A stretch of DNA of 64,000 bases, taken from the NCBI GenBank assembly GCA_051362555.1, contig CM120641.1:17980001-18044000 (forward strand). Reading direction: 5' to 3'. Every line of letters starts with the position of its first letter. The stretch's first letter is position 1. The position numbers and the translations under genes are program-made. Below are positions 1 to 12,300 of this stretch, piece after piece. The notes beneath the pieces are model-generated. The model did not search any database. It had not been told where the DNA came from and was given only the letters and a program-made list of their open reading frames with translations. Source of the DNA: Lingula anatina. Its lineage: Eukaryota; Animalia; Brachiopoda.

Positions 1-1847
1 TTTCTAAAATTGATAACTCTTTCAGTAATCACAAAAAGAATACTGTGCCCGTTCATCTAGTTACATCTAAGAAAAAACTTAAACTAGCCAAAAAGATAAC
101 TTAGATATGGTCATGTACAACAGAAAAGCTTTTAGCACAAAAGAAAAACAGGTAAATGATTTTTATTTATTGATCAAAATAACATGTATCAGATTGCACA
201 CCAATAAATAAGTGAAATGCATCACACTCCATAGAGATGCCATGGATGTTTGAAAACTGGGAAATTCAATATATCTGTACAACATGATCTCTAGAACCCA
301 TGCTTTTGGAACGCCGATTTCCTCAACAGCATACTGGCCATTACATCTAAAGAAATAAGACGGTATCTTGGTGGTCAAGTAGTATAATTACCCTGTTGAG
401 TGTCCTTCTCTACACCCTAAAGCTAATGTCAGAGGAAAGCAAGATCCTTGTGCAATCCAATGTTTTAAAACGGTCTACAATCTCAAAGAAATTACCAGAA
501 AGAAAGGTGGGTGTATGCAAGCATTTCTATTGGGTATAAAGGAATAATTTAAACTTCATGTACAATTACACCTTAAATATTATGATTTTTATGGCACATA
601 TTCAACATCTACTACCTTCTAACAAAATCAGCTTTTACAAAACTGTACAATGGTCATAAATTAAGAACACCTGTGAATATCTCAATGGCTCTCACTTATT
701 AGATGGCAAGTGCACAGCAAAATAAATATGACTTAAGATATATTCTAATTTTTCGAATGGTATGATTATATTCAATATTGATACTTCTAATATATTTCTC
801 ATAAAAAGAAAAAAAAACTGTACATTTTTCCACATATTACTTTTATCTAAAGAAATTTAGTTTAAAATGCAAGTCATATACATAGTCTGCAAAACAATGT
901 TTGCAAATTTGATACGTGATATTATACACGGTGCCTGATGTTACATTTCTAATGTAATGAAACTTTCTATTAAGTTCCATATTTAGAGACAAATACATAT
1001 GCTTCAATGGCAGTTATTCCATAAAATTGAGTAGAGATGTTTTACAATAGAATGCCATTTTAAATGAGCACTTGCATCCAACAAATGAAGAAAAAAGATC
1101 ATCCCTTTTCCTCAAGTCAATCAGGAAAATGACACATCAATGTACAAGCACTTGACATATAATGTACAAAAAGACATACAACTAGTAGACTACTCTGACT
1201 CTCAAAGCACCACTGACAAATATAAGAACGAGACATGCTTTTACACTAGTGTAAATTGTGTATGTTGAAAAATAATAAAAGGAAATCTGAAAATTGATCT
1301 CCATGGTGTCTATGTAAAACATTGAGAAGGTTTTGCTTAACTGAGTTAACTGCTCCTTATATGCTGCAAGTGCAGTGGAGACATTTTCTCATTCAGTATG
1401 GTACAAGATGACAGTGAAAGTGAATGAATTTATACATATCAGTTATAACTAGGTGATAACCTACAGGCCACAGTGAGATTCCAAAAGTACCTTTATAGTA
1501 TACTTAAATAATAAGAGTAAGCTCTGATCAAAGGCAAATGTTATAATACAACCTGGCATTAAGGAAGGCCAATGCTCCAAAAATCAGCAAAAAAGAAGAA
1601 AGCAAAATTTGTCAAGACAACTCAAATCTACTTCTACACATTGTCAAATGGTTATTAAAGCAGTAAAATAACCAAAAACATTTCAATTCAAAACAAATGA
1701 AGCAATTTGAATTCTTCTCGAGAATCTTATTGCCAATGTGACGGGTGATAAATAAAGTGACCAAAAGCACCAATGTAAAGCCGCCTTCAACCAAAGAAAT
1801 AATTCCAGTGCCAGATGGTTCATGTCATTTAGTCGGGTCCTATGTCA
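1..1847 (-). other. Probable 3' UTR of the Trio gene (may continue past the window edge)
   Basis: Downstream of the candidate stop, AT-rich, many TGTA motifs, minus-strand AATAAA at 162-167. Confidence 0.5.
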
Positions 1848-1898
1848 CTAAAGATGGTGGTGGGGAAGGAGAGGCTGCAGCACACATGCATCAGTCGA
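1848..1898 (-). CDS. trio: Candidate terminal coding exon [16 protein letters not shown]
   Basis: Strong acceptor ttatttctatttcag, phase 0, TAG at 1848-1850, followed by AT-rich UTR-like sequence; no homology evidence. Confidence 0.6.
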   Translation of the reverse strand, partial: STDACVLQPLLPHHHL

Positions 1899-4800
1899 CT
1901 GAAATAGAAATAATACAAAGTTTGGTTAGTCACATATAAGAGCTAGGTTCAAAAAGAATAATAACAAGTTATGACTGAATCATATATATGTGTATCAATC
2001 AATCGGAGTGTTATTTTTTTCAGTAGGGTAAAAATGCACCAAAATTCTGTCAGTTAAAATTATCAAATAAAAAAGAAGACAATCAGAGAACTAACAAGAG
2101 AATCCTCATTGTTATTGAAACAGGTCTTCAGTCTTATTTAAAAAAAAAAAAAAACTACAGGCACATCTATCTTATATCTATCAGAGTGAACAAAAGTCAC
2201 AGTGATCAATGGGAGAAAACATAATAAACATCAGCAAAAAATAGTCAAAACAGTTGCCTTGGGAAAAAAAGTAAAATTTGTGAACACTTCCTTCATTCAC
2301 AAATTCCTTGCCAGACTCTGTATCCCCAGTATGGCATCCATGCAAATCTAAATTTTATACCATATCTGCTGTCTACTCAAAACAATGAAAACAGAATCAT
2401 GCATGTCCATAACTTAATAGGGTTGCCAACAAAACATCTCAGTCCTCAGTCCCCCTTTTCTTTATCAACACTGTTTGATTTCTAACAGTAACACGAAAAT
2501 ACACAATAGATCTAGATGTACCCATACTGAGAACTACATGTATTAAGATGTTAGCAACCTTGTATGGACTGGGTGGTTAATTCCCAACAGTCCAATATAC
2601 AATACACTAAATGTGGTTTGATGGCTCTTTCTTTAGTCAGCAGTTTATTTGGTCTGATACTGTTTTTTAGGGTTTCATTGGTGCAGTTTCACCACCTACT
2701 AACAGAATTACAATTGAAAGGAAGACAGGAATACTTCCCTCAGCAGATGGAATTTCATATTTGGGCCAATCAGACTTCTGGACTGTTGAGATGCTCCCTT
2801 TGAACACCCACACGACAACATATTTACATACAGATGCAAACAACAAGGCCATTAAAATTCTCTTTAAAATTAAGGTGTTGCAAGACCTTATCAAAATGAA
2901 ATGATCTTCTACATAAAGATTTCGTAATACTCCTACAACCTTTTCTTTCTGCATTGGCAGTTTACCTAATACAACATGTACAGCAATAACAAAACTGGAG
3001 CATATGTTAAATGTATCCCTCTATATCAAAAACAACAACAACAACGTGCATACATAACTAATACTTAATTATGTACATCTGACAATATACAGTACATCTA
3101 AAGAAAGTGTACTTCAATACTTGATCTCAACAGCAATACAAAATTACAACTTATTACACATGGTAATAACCCACAAATTTCAAACATCTTCCTCAGACTT
3201 TATTTCATTTTTCAAGTCTTAATTTTTAAGTTACCAAAAATAGATAAATAAATAAACTTTCTCTCACAAACCACACTATTTCTTAAATTCCTTTCAATAA
3301 TTCTTTACAGCTATAACCAAGGATTTGGAAAATTCAACACAATTCGTCTTTTTTTGTTAAAATTTTGTGGGTAATTACCATAGATGGATATAGGGCACAC
3401 TAAACAAAGCAATCATGATAATCTAACAATATATCAGAAGAGAAGAGTTATGTGAGGATTCTAGTACAGCAGGTGGTGCACAGGTGAATGTTCAATCCAG
3501 TCTAAGCAAAGCTCTGTATAGCGTGTTCAAGCAAGTATACAGGAAAAACACCACGTGAAACATGAAGAGCAGCAGGCGTGCCAGCGACTCACCCTCTGTA
3601 TCCATAAGCTCACCCAGTTGCTACAGCAGCAAGGAAAAAAAAAACAAGCAAGACAGAGCACGTTTAGCATTGAAATTCTCTGTAGTGGTTAATACCACAG
3701 TTTGCAAATACCCAAGACATCTGATATTGGTGAACAAAGGGCATTTTCTGACAAGAGTACCAAGGGCTGAGAGAATACCACATTAGAATTTGAGGTTCAC
3801 TGTGAAAGTCATTACTCGAGGTAATGCAATCAATTTGTTCAGGTACTGAATGCATAACCTCATGCAGAAAATTACCAAAACTGCCCTTTTTTGACACTGT
3901 TCCAAATTTCTGATTCTTGAATGGAACTACAGTGTTAACACATTGATCAGCCAAGCAAAACTGAAAATTTATTTTGAAATTTTCTTTTTCAACTGCAAGT
4001 GGTCAGGGATGACATCAGGAGCAATTAGCTACCATGCCGCTGAGCAAAAAGAAAGGGGCCATATGCTCAAAAGTACTCTCTCATTACTGGACTGGTTTCA
4101 TAAATTGGATTGATAAATTTAGGATAAATTCTGAAGGCTTGTAAAAACAGAAGCTTCTAAAAGACAGCCCCAGATTCACAGGTGGCATTTTTTTTCTCTC
4201 CACACCCTCTACACTGATGAAATGGCACAGAAAACATTTGCAGTCGGAGAACCCAAAGCATGGTGCTGGTGCAAAGTAACCAGTGTTGCAAAGGCAGAAA
4301 ATGACAAGTATGGACAATTAAGTAAACTTTGGAAACCCTCAACCAAGAAAATATACATGTATAGCACCATAAGTTTGCACAGTAGCAAGACATGATTACG
4401 AAAACTACAGTTATGCCACAGAATTAGATTAATAATCATCTCAATTCTGTACCATTTAGGGCCTTTCATTTTATGATAAAGTTCATAGTGACACCATATT
4501 TACAAGTATGTAAAAATGAGCAATAGTTTGAACGAGGAATTTACTTACAAGTAAGTGACAAGTATTGTACCTGATTTATAAGGATGGAAGGCCCTCAAAC
4601 ATACTGTGCCTGTATGCTTCTTACAGCACTTACTTGTAGGCCTTTAGTTCCACGAGTCAGTCATGGCATAAATTAACTTACCTTCAACACTGTAATATTA
4701 ATGTCTTTTTGCCAGTTATTTTCTGCAACAGACTACAGGAAACTTGTCTTTGCCAAAACTGTGGTTGACTTGTTATTTTAAATACTATTAAATCTTCTAC

Positions 4801-7800
4801 TAGTAGCATTTACGCAAAGCTTTATAAAAACCTGTTTTATCTACAGTACCTGATGTCTCCTGCGCTCCAGAAAATCTGCTAATCTGTCAGTAGAAATCTG
4901 ATGGAATTTGTTCGGTGAGCTTCTTGGCGTGCTGGCACGTTTTACCCATGCATGTTCAAGACATGTTTGAGCAGTTGGTCTTTGGCTGAGGAAAAGAGAT
5001 GCAAGTTTGAATCCAGAGAGATAAAATATAATCAGTTTCACTGTGTTAATCCTTTAGACTGACTCTATACTTTTGTCAATTTTTGTCTTCTATATATATA
5101 TATATATATATATACACTTGCCTGTAAAAAAATAATTTCAACAGACAGGTTCATAGTTACTTCCCATAAAAGTATGCTGCAAAATGACTGACATGCTGGA
5201 AACTGATGGTTAAACATTTGCCATTTTAATATGTACATTTTGGTTGCATAGACAGGATCCCCTACCAATGAATACAAAGAAATATGGTGAATAATGGTAT
5301 TATTAAGTATTTTCCTGAAGCAGACATCATCTGTGAAATTGAAACAGTGCTGTACACCTGATAATAATGAATAACTTCTTACCTCAGATCAGTGACCAGC
5401 ATCAACTTGATGATATCCCTGGCCTCCTGAGACACTCCCTCAAAGTAGTCTTCTGGGAAACAGTAGTCGTTGTGAACTATATTGGAACACGTTTCCTCCA
5501 GGCTCTCATCCAGATATGGCGACACTCCACTCAACATCACGTAGATAATCACACCGACACCCCTGTCAAATACAGTGGATCTTTTACACAATCAAATCCT
5601 ATAAAATAAAGCCAAAAGTTTTAGCTTTTAAGTATGAAGTTATTGTGAAATTGTATTAGATTTTAGTTTTAATCAATTGTTACGGGCACTTTCCGATGTG
5701 CTTGTAAGCAAGGCAACCTGAAATTCTTAATGTTAACTTTATTACCTATATCAAGTATACTCCTACACTTTTTAACCATGTACATGTATTCACCTAATAA
5801 CAGGTGATTCAAACAGTTACAATGTAGCATAACTCAGTGTGTAAACACTGTCCTCTATTCGATTGACTCATCCTTGTATTCTACCCAATATTAAGATATT
5901 TTACATTCAAAATATGACACAACAGAGTTGGTAGTATACCATATATCTGTCAGCAATCCCACTGGGATCCCCTTGACCAGCTCTGGGGCAGCAAACTCTG
6001 GACTGCCCACTAGCTGGTGGACATAGTAGCTGTTGTGGATGTGGTGGGCATCACCAAGGTCTATTAGCTTGAGCCGTGGTGTCATACTGGTCAGGTCTAC
6101 TAGGAGGTTTTCAGGCTACAAATTGAAGAATTTGTTAAATGGATCAGCATGTTAAATTATGTGTTAAGATGCAGTAAGGGCATATACCTCAGCAGATCAT
6201 TTTCTCAACAGTTTTGGAAAGGGTGTACGTTAAAGTAATTAAAGGAAATTGTTGAAATTTCCAGGAATTTTTGTATTTATTTATTTATTTATTTATCTAT
6301 TTATTATTTTTCTATTTTGCAACATGTAATGTGCATTGTATGCCTTTAAAATATGTTACCTTGACATCCCTATGTTTGGTGCTAAAGACAGCTAAGCCAG
6401 CTCTTACCTTGATGTCCAGGTGTGCAATTCTACAGTTGTGAAGGTACTGGATGACATCCAGCAGTTGTCGAATATAACAAGCTGCTTGTACCTCGTCCAG
6501 GGTGGGACGACTGCAGATGTAATCAAACAGCCTTCCACTGGGCAGCCTGAAACACATTGTGTTCAAGTGAGTTCATGTCTGCAGGCATGTACTAGTAGGC
6601 TTAGGGGGTTAGAAAGAGATGTCCTTATGGATGGAAAACGTTCACTCTGTATCAAAATTTAATCTAGGTTCTATGCCATTTTTCAAATAGGTCAAATAAG
6701 GGGGAAGGTCCACTTTTTCAGAAAAAGAACACACTTGTGAAATCTCTGGCAATAACCAGACCAGGGTCTGGAATTATATCAGGGTGTATTAAGAAAACCT
6801 TATCTGTGTGTTATTGCTGAAATCAAATAAAATTCAGAAAGTTGTGTCTTATGGCTTGAATATACCATTTAGGGTTAATCTACATAAAAACAAACAAATC
6901 GCCCGTCTAGCAATCAGAATTAGAAACATTATCAATACTCACAACTCAAGAATGATAACAAAGTATTTAGAAGTATCATACAGGTCCATGGCACTGCATA
7001 GGTGAACATGCTGGAGACCCATCAAAGTGGTGAACTCATTCTCAGCATTCTGTTTACTTAGTTTTTTCTTGCTGATGAACTTCGCAGCCACGTCACGCCC
7101 TGAACACTTCTGAAGACATTTCTTTACCACAGAAAATCTGCCCCTAAAACAAGATGCATACATGCCATTTAAGAGGCATTAAAATGGAACCCGTTTCATG
7201 TTCCATTCATGTTGATTGGTGTTATCTTCATGAATGCGTTGATATATATACAGTGTATGTGTGGAACAATGTTTGCAACTGATACTGTAGCAACTTTTGG
7301 GTCCAAAGTTAATGATTTTGAAGTTGTTTTAAACAAATTCCATTGGCCTGTCAAAAGTGATCAGTTATTGCTACTGTCAGTTTTTGTAACCTCCATAACC
7401 CAACTGCATAATAATGATATGAATAATAATGATATAAATGAATTGATGAAGAAAAGAACACCATAAAATATCACCTGCATTGTTAATAAGATGCCTTGTT
7501 AAAGTTGCTAATTCAGTTAGTGTTTTATAAATCTGTAAAGAAGTTACCTTGCAAGTTCACCCAATTCAGTGTAGTCTTTTGCATAGGTAGCTTTCCATTT
7601 TGCTGTAATGCTCTCATCTTTTAGAGTTGAAGAATCTGCAAGATAAACATGAAAATGAAACTGTTATCAACTGTCTTCAAATATAAACAAAAAATTACTG
7701 ATCCAGTACTTTCTCACAGCACAGGTGGAAGGAAGTTGTCACTTGTAGGTTTGTGGTTGACTTTCATGTACCCATATTAAAAAAAGTTGTTAGTTTTTGT

Positions 7801-9297
7801 GCAGCGTTATCAAAGACAAAACTTTCAATGGAGGTTTTGGGAGGGGCAAGGTTTCTTCCTTTGTTCACTTTCTCAGATCTGATGCCTGAAGCAACAAAAA
7901 GCTTACAGGGTAAAGCTTTGGGAAAGGCACATCAATACATTTTTCTAAAGAAAATAAGCCTCATACCCTGAAGAGTGGTACTTAGTATACGTCAATATGG
8001 TCGAAAAATCAAAACAAGAAAAAATCAGTCACATGGCTTTGACATATGTTCTAGGTGTTTGCACCGAGAAAAAATATTTAGAAATTAATTAATTTGGTCA
8101 GACATTACATTGTTTGAATTGTTTGAACTAGTACTGTAGTGACCAGATTTAGAGGTACTATTGCACCCCATCTACATCTGACTTATGTATCCTATAATTT
8201 TTTTTTTCTTTTTTTAAATTTTTGAGTTACCACCTACTGGAACTTATTTTTATGACCGAGACATATCAAAGTGTACCAATGAGTAAGAAAATAAATAAAA
8301 TAAAACAATTTATGACAAACTTTACTTGTACCTACAAAACAAGTTAAAACTTGATAAAAACGCCAATTTCATTACAGGCTGTGTTTTGATTTTGTCCATG
8401 TCTAAAACTCAAAATTAGAGAAACCTTTTAGAAGAGGCTTTCCTCTTGAAGTAATGGTTAAATTTACTTTGAATTCAATTGGTCTGATAAGACATAATTT
8501 AATTTAAAATTGTGTCTTTGTTTTTGATTAAAGACCCAGTGTTCATAGCACACCAACCTGATTCGTTAATGGTAACAGGCTGTGAGGGGGGGCCAGGCTC
8601 ACTGATCCCTATGGAATTATGGGCACTGATGCGAAACTGGTAGGTGGAGCCTAGAGTGAGATCAGAGATCACATGATGCGTGCTGGGGACGAATGGGGTG
8701 GCAGCCTGCCAGAGATTGACACCTGAAATAGAACCATGGTAGGATACATGCATGGGTTTGAGAAAGAGAAATAGTAGATACTAACTTAAAACTGTTACAG
8801 CAAAGAAGGATAAAAAGAAATGTTCAAGGTTAAAGATGAATAAATGTGACTAATGAAAAAATTGATAATTTGCTAGCAGGTTTAAATTTATAACTTAAAT
8901 CAAACTATATAAAAAATTTTAATAGGTATAAACATGTAATAGCATAATAGGTATAAACATGTAATTGCATTGGCATTCAAAGTGAGAAAAATAATGGTTT
9001 TTGGTAAAAATAAAATTATATGATGAAATGGATTTTTTCAAACAACTACACATTTTTTTCAATTGCTGAATTATTTCAATATTTCTGAATCAATATAGAT
9101 ATCAATCTGTATAATTAAATTTAAAGGATATACATTTCAGGTGATCTTTTTGTATGGTAGAAACTTACAAAACATTCATGTTTACAACATGAACATTAGC
9201 TTTTTTTATTTGTGAAATATTTTCAGAATATATCTTTAAAAAGAGATGGAAGAGGACCAGAAAATGCAAGCGCCAAAGGTCCACATGCAGCTCAATA

Positions 9298-9329
<32 letters not shown>

Positions 9330-12300
9330 AAGGCATAAATACAATACCCAAATATCTGTATAAACCTATTGCCAGGTACATCACCAACCATGTCTGTATC
9401 CCATTTACCTTGTTCAGTAAATTCCACAGTATACCCCTGTACTGGAGCATTGCCTGTGGCATGTGGAGGCATCCAATCCAGCTGGACAGAGGCTCCCTTC
9501 TGCAGGGTAATCACTGGCATTCCAGGGGGATCTGGCACATCTGAAGATAAAAACATGGTAATACTAGTCATCCCATAGTTGCTTATCCAATTCCGGTCTA
9601 TATCAACCTGCAGTGAATCTTATTCTATGAGTTTGCCTATGGCCAAAATTTAAGTTATAGAGCTGGTGCCAAAAAGAGAGCCTATGACACAGCTCTGTAA
9701 ACTGGAATATCTCTGTGTATTCCAAATGAACCAATAATTTGGAAAAATACAACAGTATTTTAACCAATCAATTTACAGTATATTTCATACAAAAAACAAA
9801 AATCATACACTACCAGAAATATGTTCAAGGAACACCTATCAAAATCTTAACACAACCTGGATCATTTACCACAACTTATATGCTCAACCACCACATTCCC
9901 ACATCTCACAAGGAGCCAAACACAATCTAGCTCTTCCAACCAGCTGCATACAACAACAATAACAAAATACATACATGTAACTACCATCTGGTGGTGCTTG
10001 AAATTTGGGTTTTGTTGCGACCTCTGACCTCAACTCAAACCTGCCACCTGGTGGTTCTTACCTAAAACAGTGAGTTGTGCTATGCTAACTTCAGAGCCCA
10101 CCTCACTGCTGACAACACAGGTATACTCTCCACTCTGCTGAGTTGTTACACGATGGAGCTGTGAAACAAGAATATCAATGACAACTATTACATCCATAAC
10201 AATTCTTACTGTTAGAAATAGAGGACTTCATACATGAAAGAATATCAAGCTTTTTGGGGGCTTTTCAGTTTAAGCACTTGAAAACTTATGAGGCTTTTTA
10301 TGAAGAGCTGGGTTTTTTTTGGGATATAAAACTGCCAAAAAATTAAGTAAAGTGTTCATAAGTAAAATATTAAGTAATACAACAGCAAGGGTATTGTAGA
10401 TACCTTGAGTGAAGCATTGCCCTCATCATCATAACTAATTGTGGTATCAGCAGAAGGGGACAAAATATTGTGATCTGGGCCTTTCCAAGTGACCACTGGC
10501 CAGGGACGGCCACACACCTGACATGTGAACAGGGCAGCATCGCCTTTTCGAACCGTGACGTCACACAGAGGCTGGTTAAAACTCGGTGGAATTTCATACA
10601 TGAAGTCTGGATTTAGGAGCTGTATAACAAGAATTAAAGATGTGAAATGCCATATGGCTTAATTGGTTTACATATATAAATCAATTACAAGAAGATGTTG
10701 GAATAATTTCCCTTTTTTGTAAATTTTGAAGTTAAACACGAAAAAGGAAAGAAAACCAACAATACAGAAATTTGAAAATTAAAAAAATGATATATATATA
10801 TTTTTTTTTTTGAGTTATGTAATGGATAGTCTTGCCTGCAAGATATCTGAAAATGAATGGGAAACATGCATACAATTGGTGGGCTGCTATATTGTGGAAC
10901 TGGGAACCTGTTGAAGGCAACACCAACAGAAAAAGCATGCAGATAAAATTATAATGGACATAAGACCACGATAGTATTGCAACACTAATCCTAGAAAAAC
11001 TATGGAGATACAATGATAACAACAGTTTAAGGATAATAAGTCACACAGTCTTCCTTGAATTGCATTAAAAGTGAACAGTGTATAGCCACACGCAGATGAT
11101 AACACCGATGACAACAGATGCAGGTGATGGCTAAATGTGCAGATACACTTTGTCTGTACATAAAAATTCATATTTAAAGAGCGAGGTATTTTAGGTGAAT
11201 TGGTGACAGAAAAATGATAACAGGGTAACAAAATGTTACTTGCCAGGGGTTTCAAGAGTCAAAAGGCATGTTTACATCAGGTTTAACCCAAGTTCTGTTT
11301 CCAGTCAACTTAAGTCAGTGTGAATCATGTTAATAGGATGTCTTGTGAAAAGGCCACATTATTTTCATTCAAACAGGCTACTGATTTCTCCTGAATGAAA
11401 GTAGATGGTTTTTGATAAACTTGGACCAAATTTTCGACTTCAGTTTAGTGAAATGTGGTCCTGAAGTGAACATGCCTTCATAAAACACACAGGTTTATAG
11501 GAACACAAGTAAATCTAAATAATAAACTGTACTTCTGAGCTAGCAACATTGGTTGCAGGCCTAGGGCCTTGGCTGAAAGCATCACGAATTGTGACCGAGC
11601 GCAAGTGTCTCTATTCCATAACTCGGGATTTACTTGCCCCATATAATAGCCTCGAAATAAAAGGTGATATCGCTATTCGCGATGCTTTCGAGTTACGGAG
11701 CCCTGGACACAGCTAGGCTCTTTTCACATCATGTGCTACATGTATTGACATCAGAGCACAGACTACATGGTACAAACACTATTACATATGTTTTGGGCTT
11801 TTAAAAATTCTTTTGCCTCATTTGCCTCCAACTATTTGGACCAAACAAAATTAATCCCATTAAAGGGCTGTTTTGAGTGTGTTTATGTGTGTGAGCATGT
11901 GTGAGAGTGCACGCGTGTGTGTGTGTGTGCGCGTGTTGTGTGTGTGTACTTTCTTATCTAATAGCAAGCCTAAAGCTGGCAACTTCTATAAGTATTTCAA
12001 TTTAGATATGTAATGCACGATGTGAAAACAGCCTTACTTGCACAAAAGGAAGGAAACGTGAAAAGCAAACCAAACGTACACTGTGGAAGCCTTGTACCTT
12101 AACAGCTTGCTGAGTATCTTTGGGTCTTGTGAAAAGCCTACGGTCCAGACTTCCACCCTTTTCTTTCTGCTTCTTACCCCAGCTGGGTTTTCGTAGCTTC
12201 AGCCCCTGGTGCCAAGTTTTACTGTAATGTCAATTGATATCTAATCATATAATTATGTGGATAATGTCTCATCAAAATTGTTTAATGTACTGTATCAAAA

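Noticed and set aside
9212-9544. Plus-strand poly-Gly ORF and other antisense ORFs over exons
   Set aside because: Products of the G run or antisense shadows of Trio exons.
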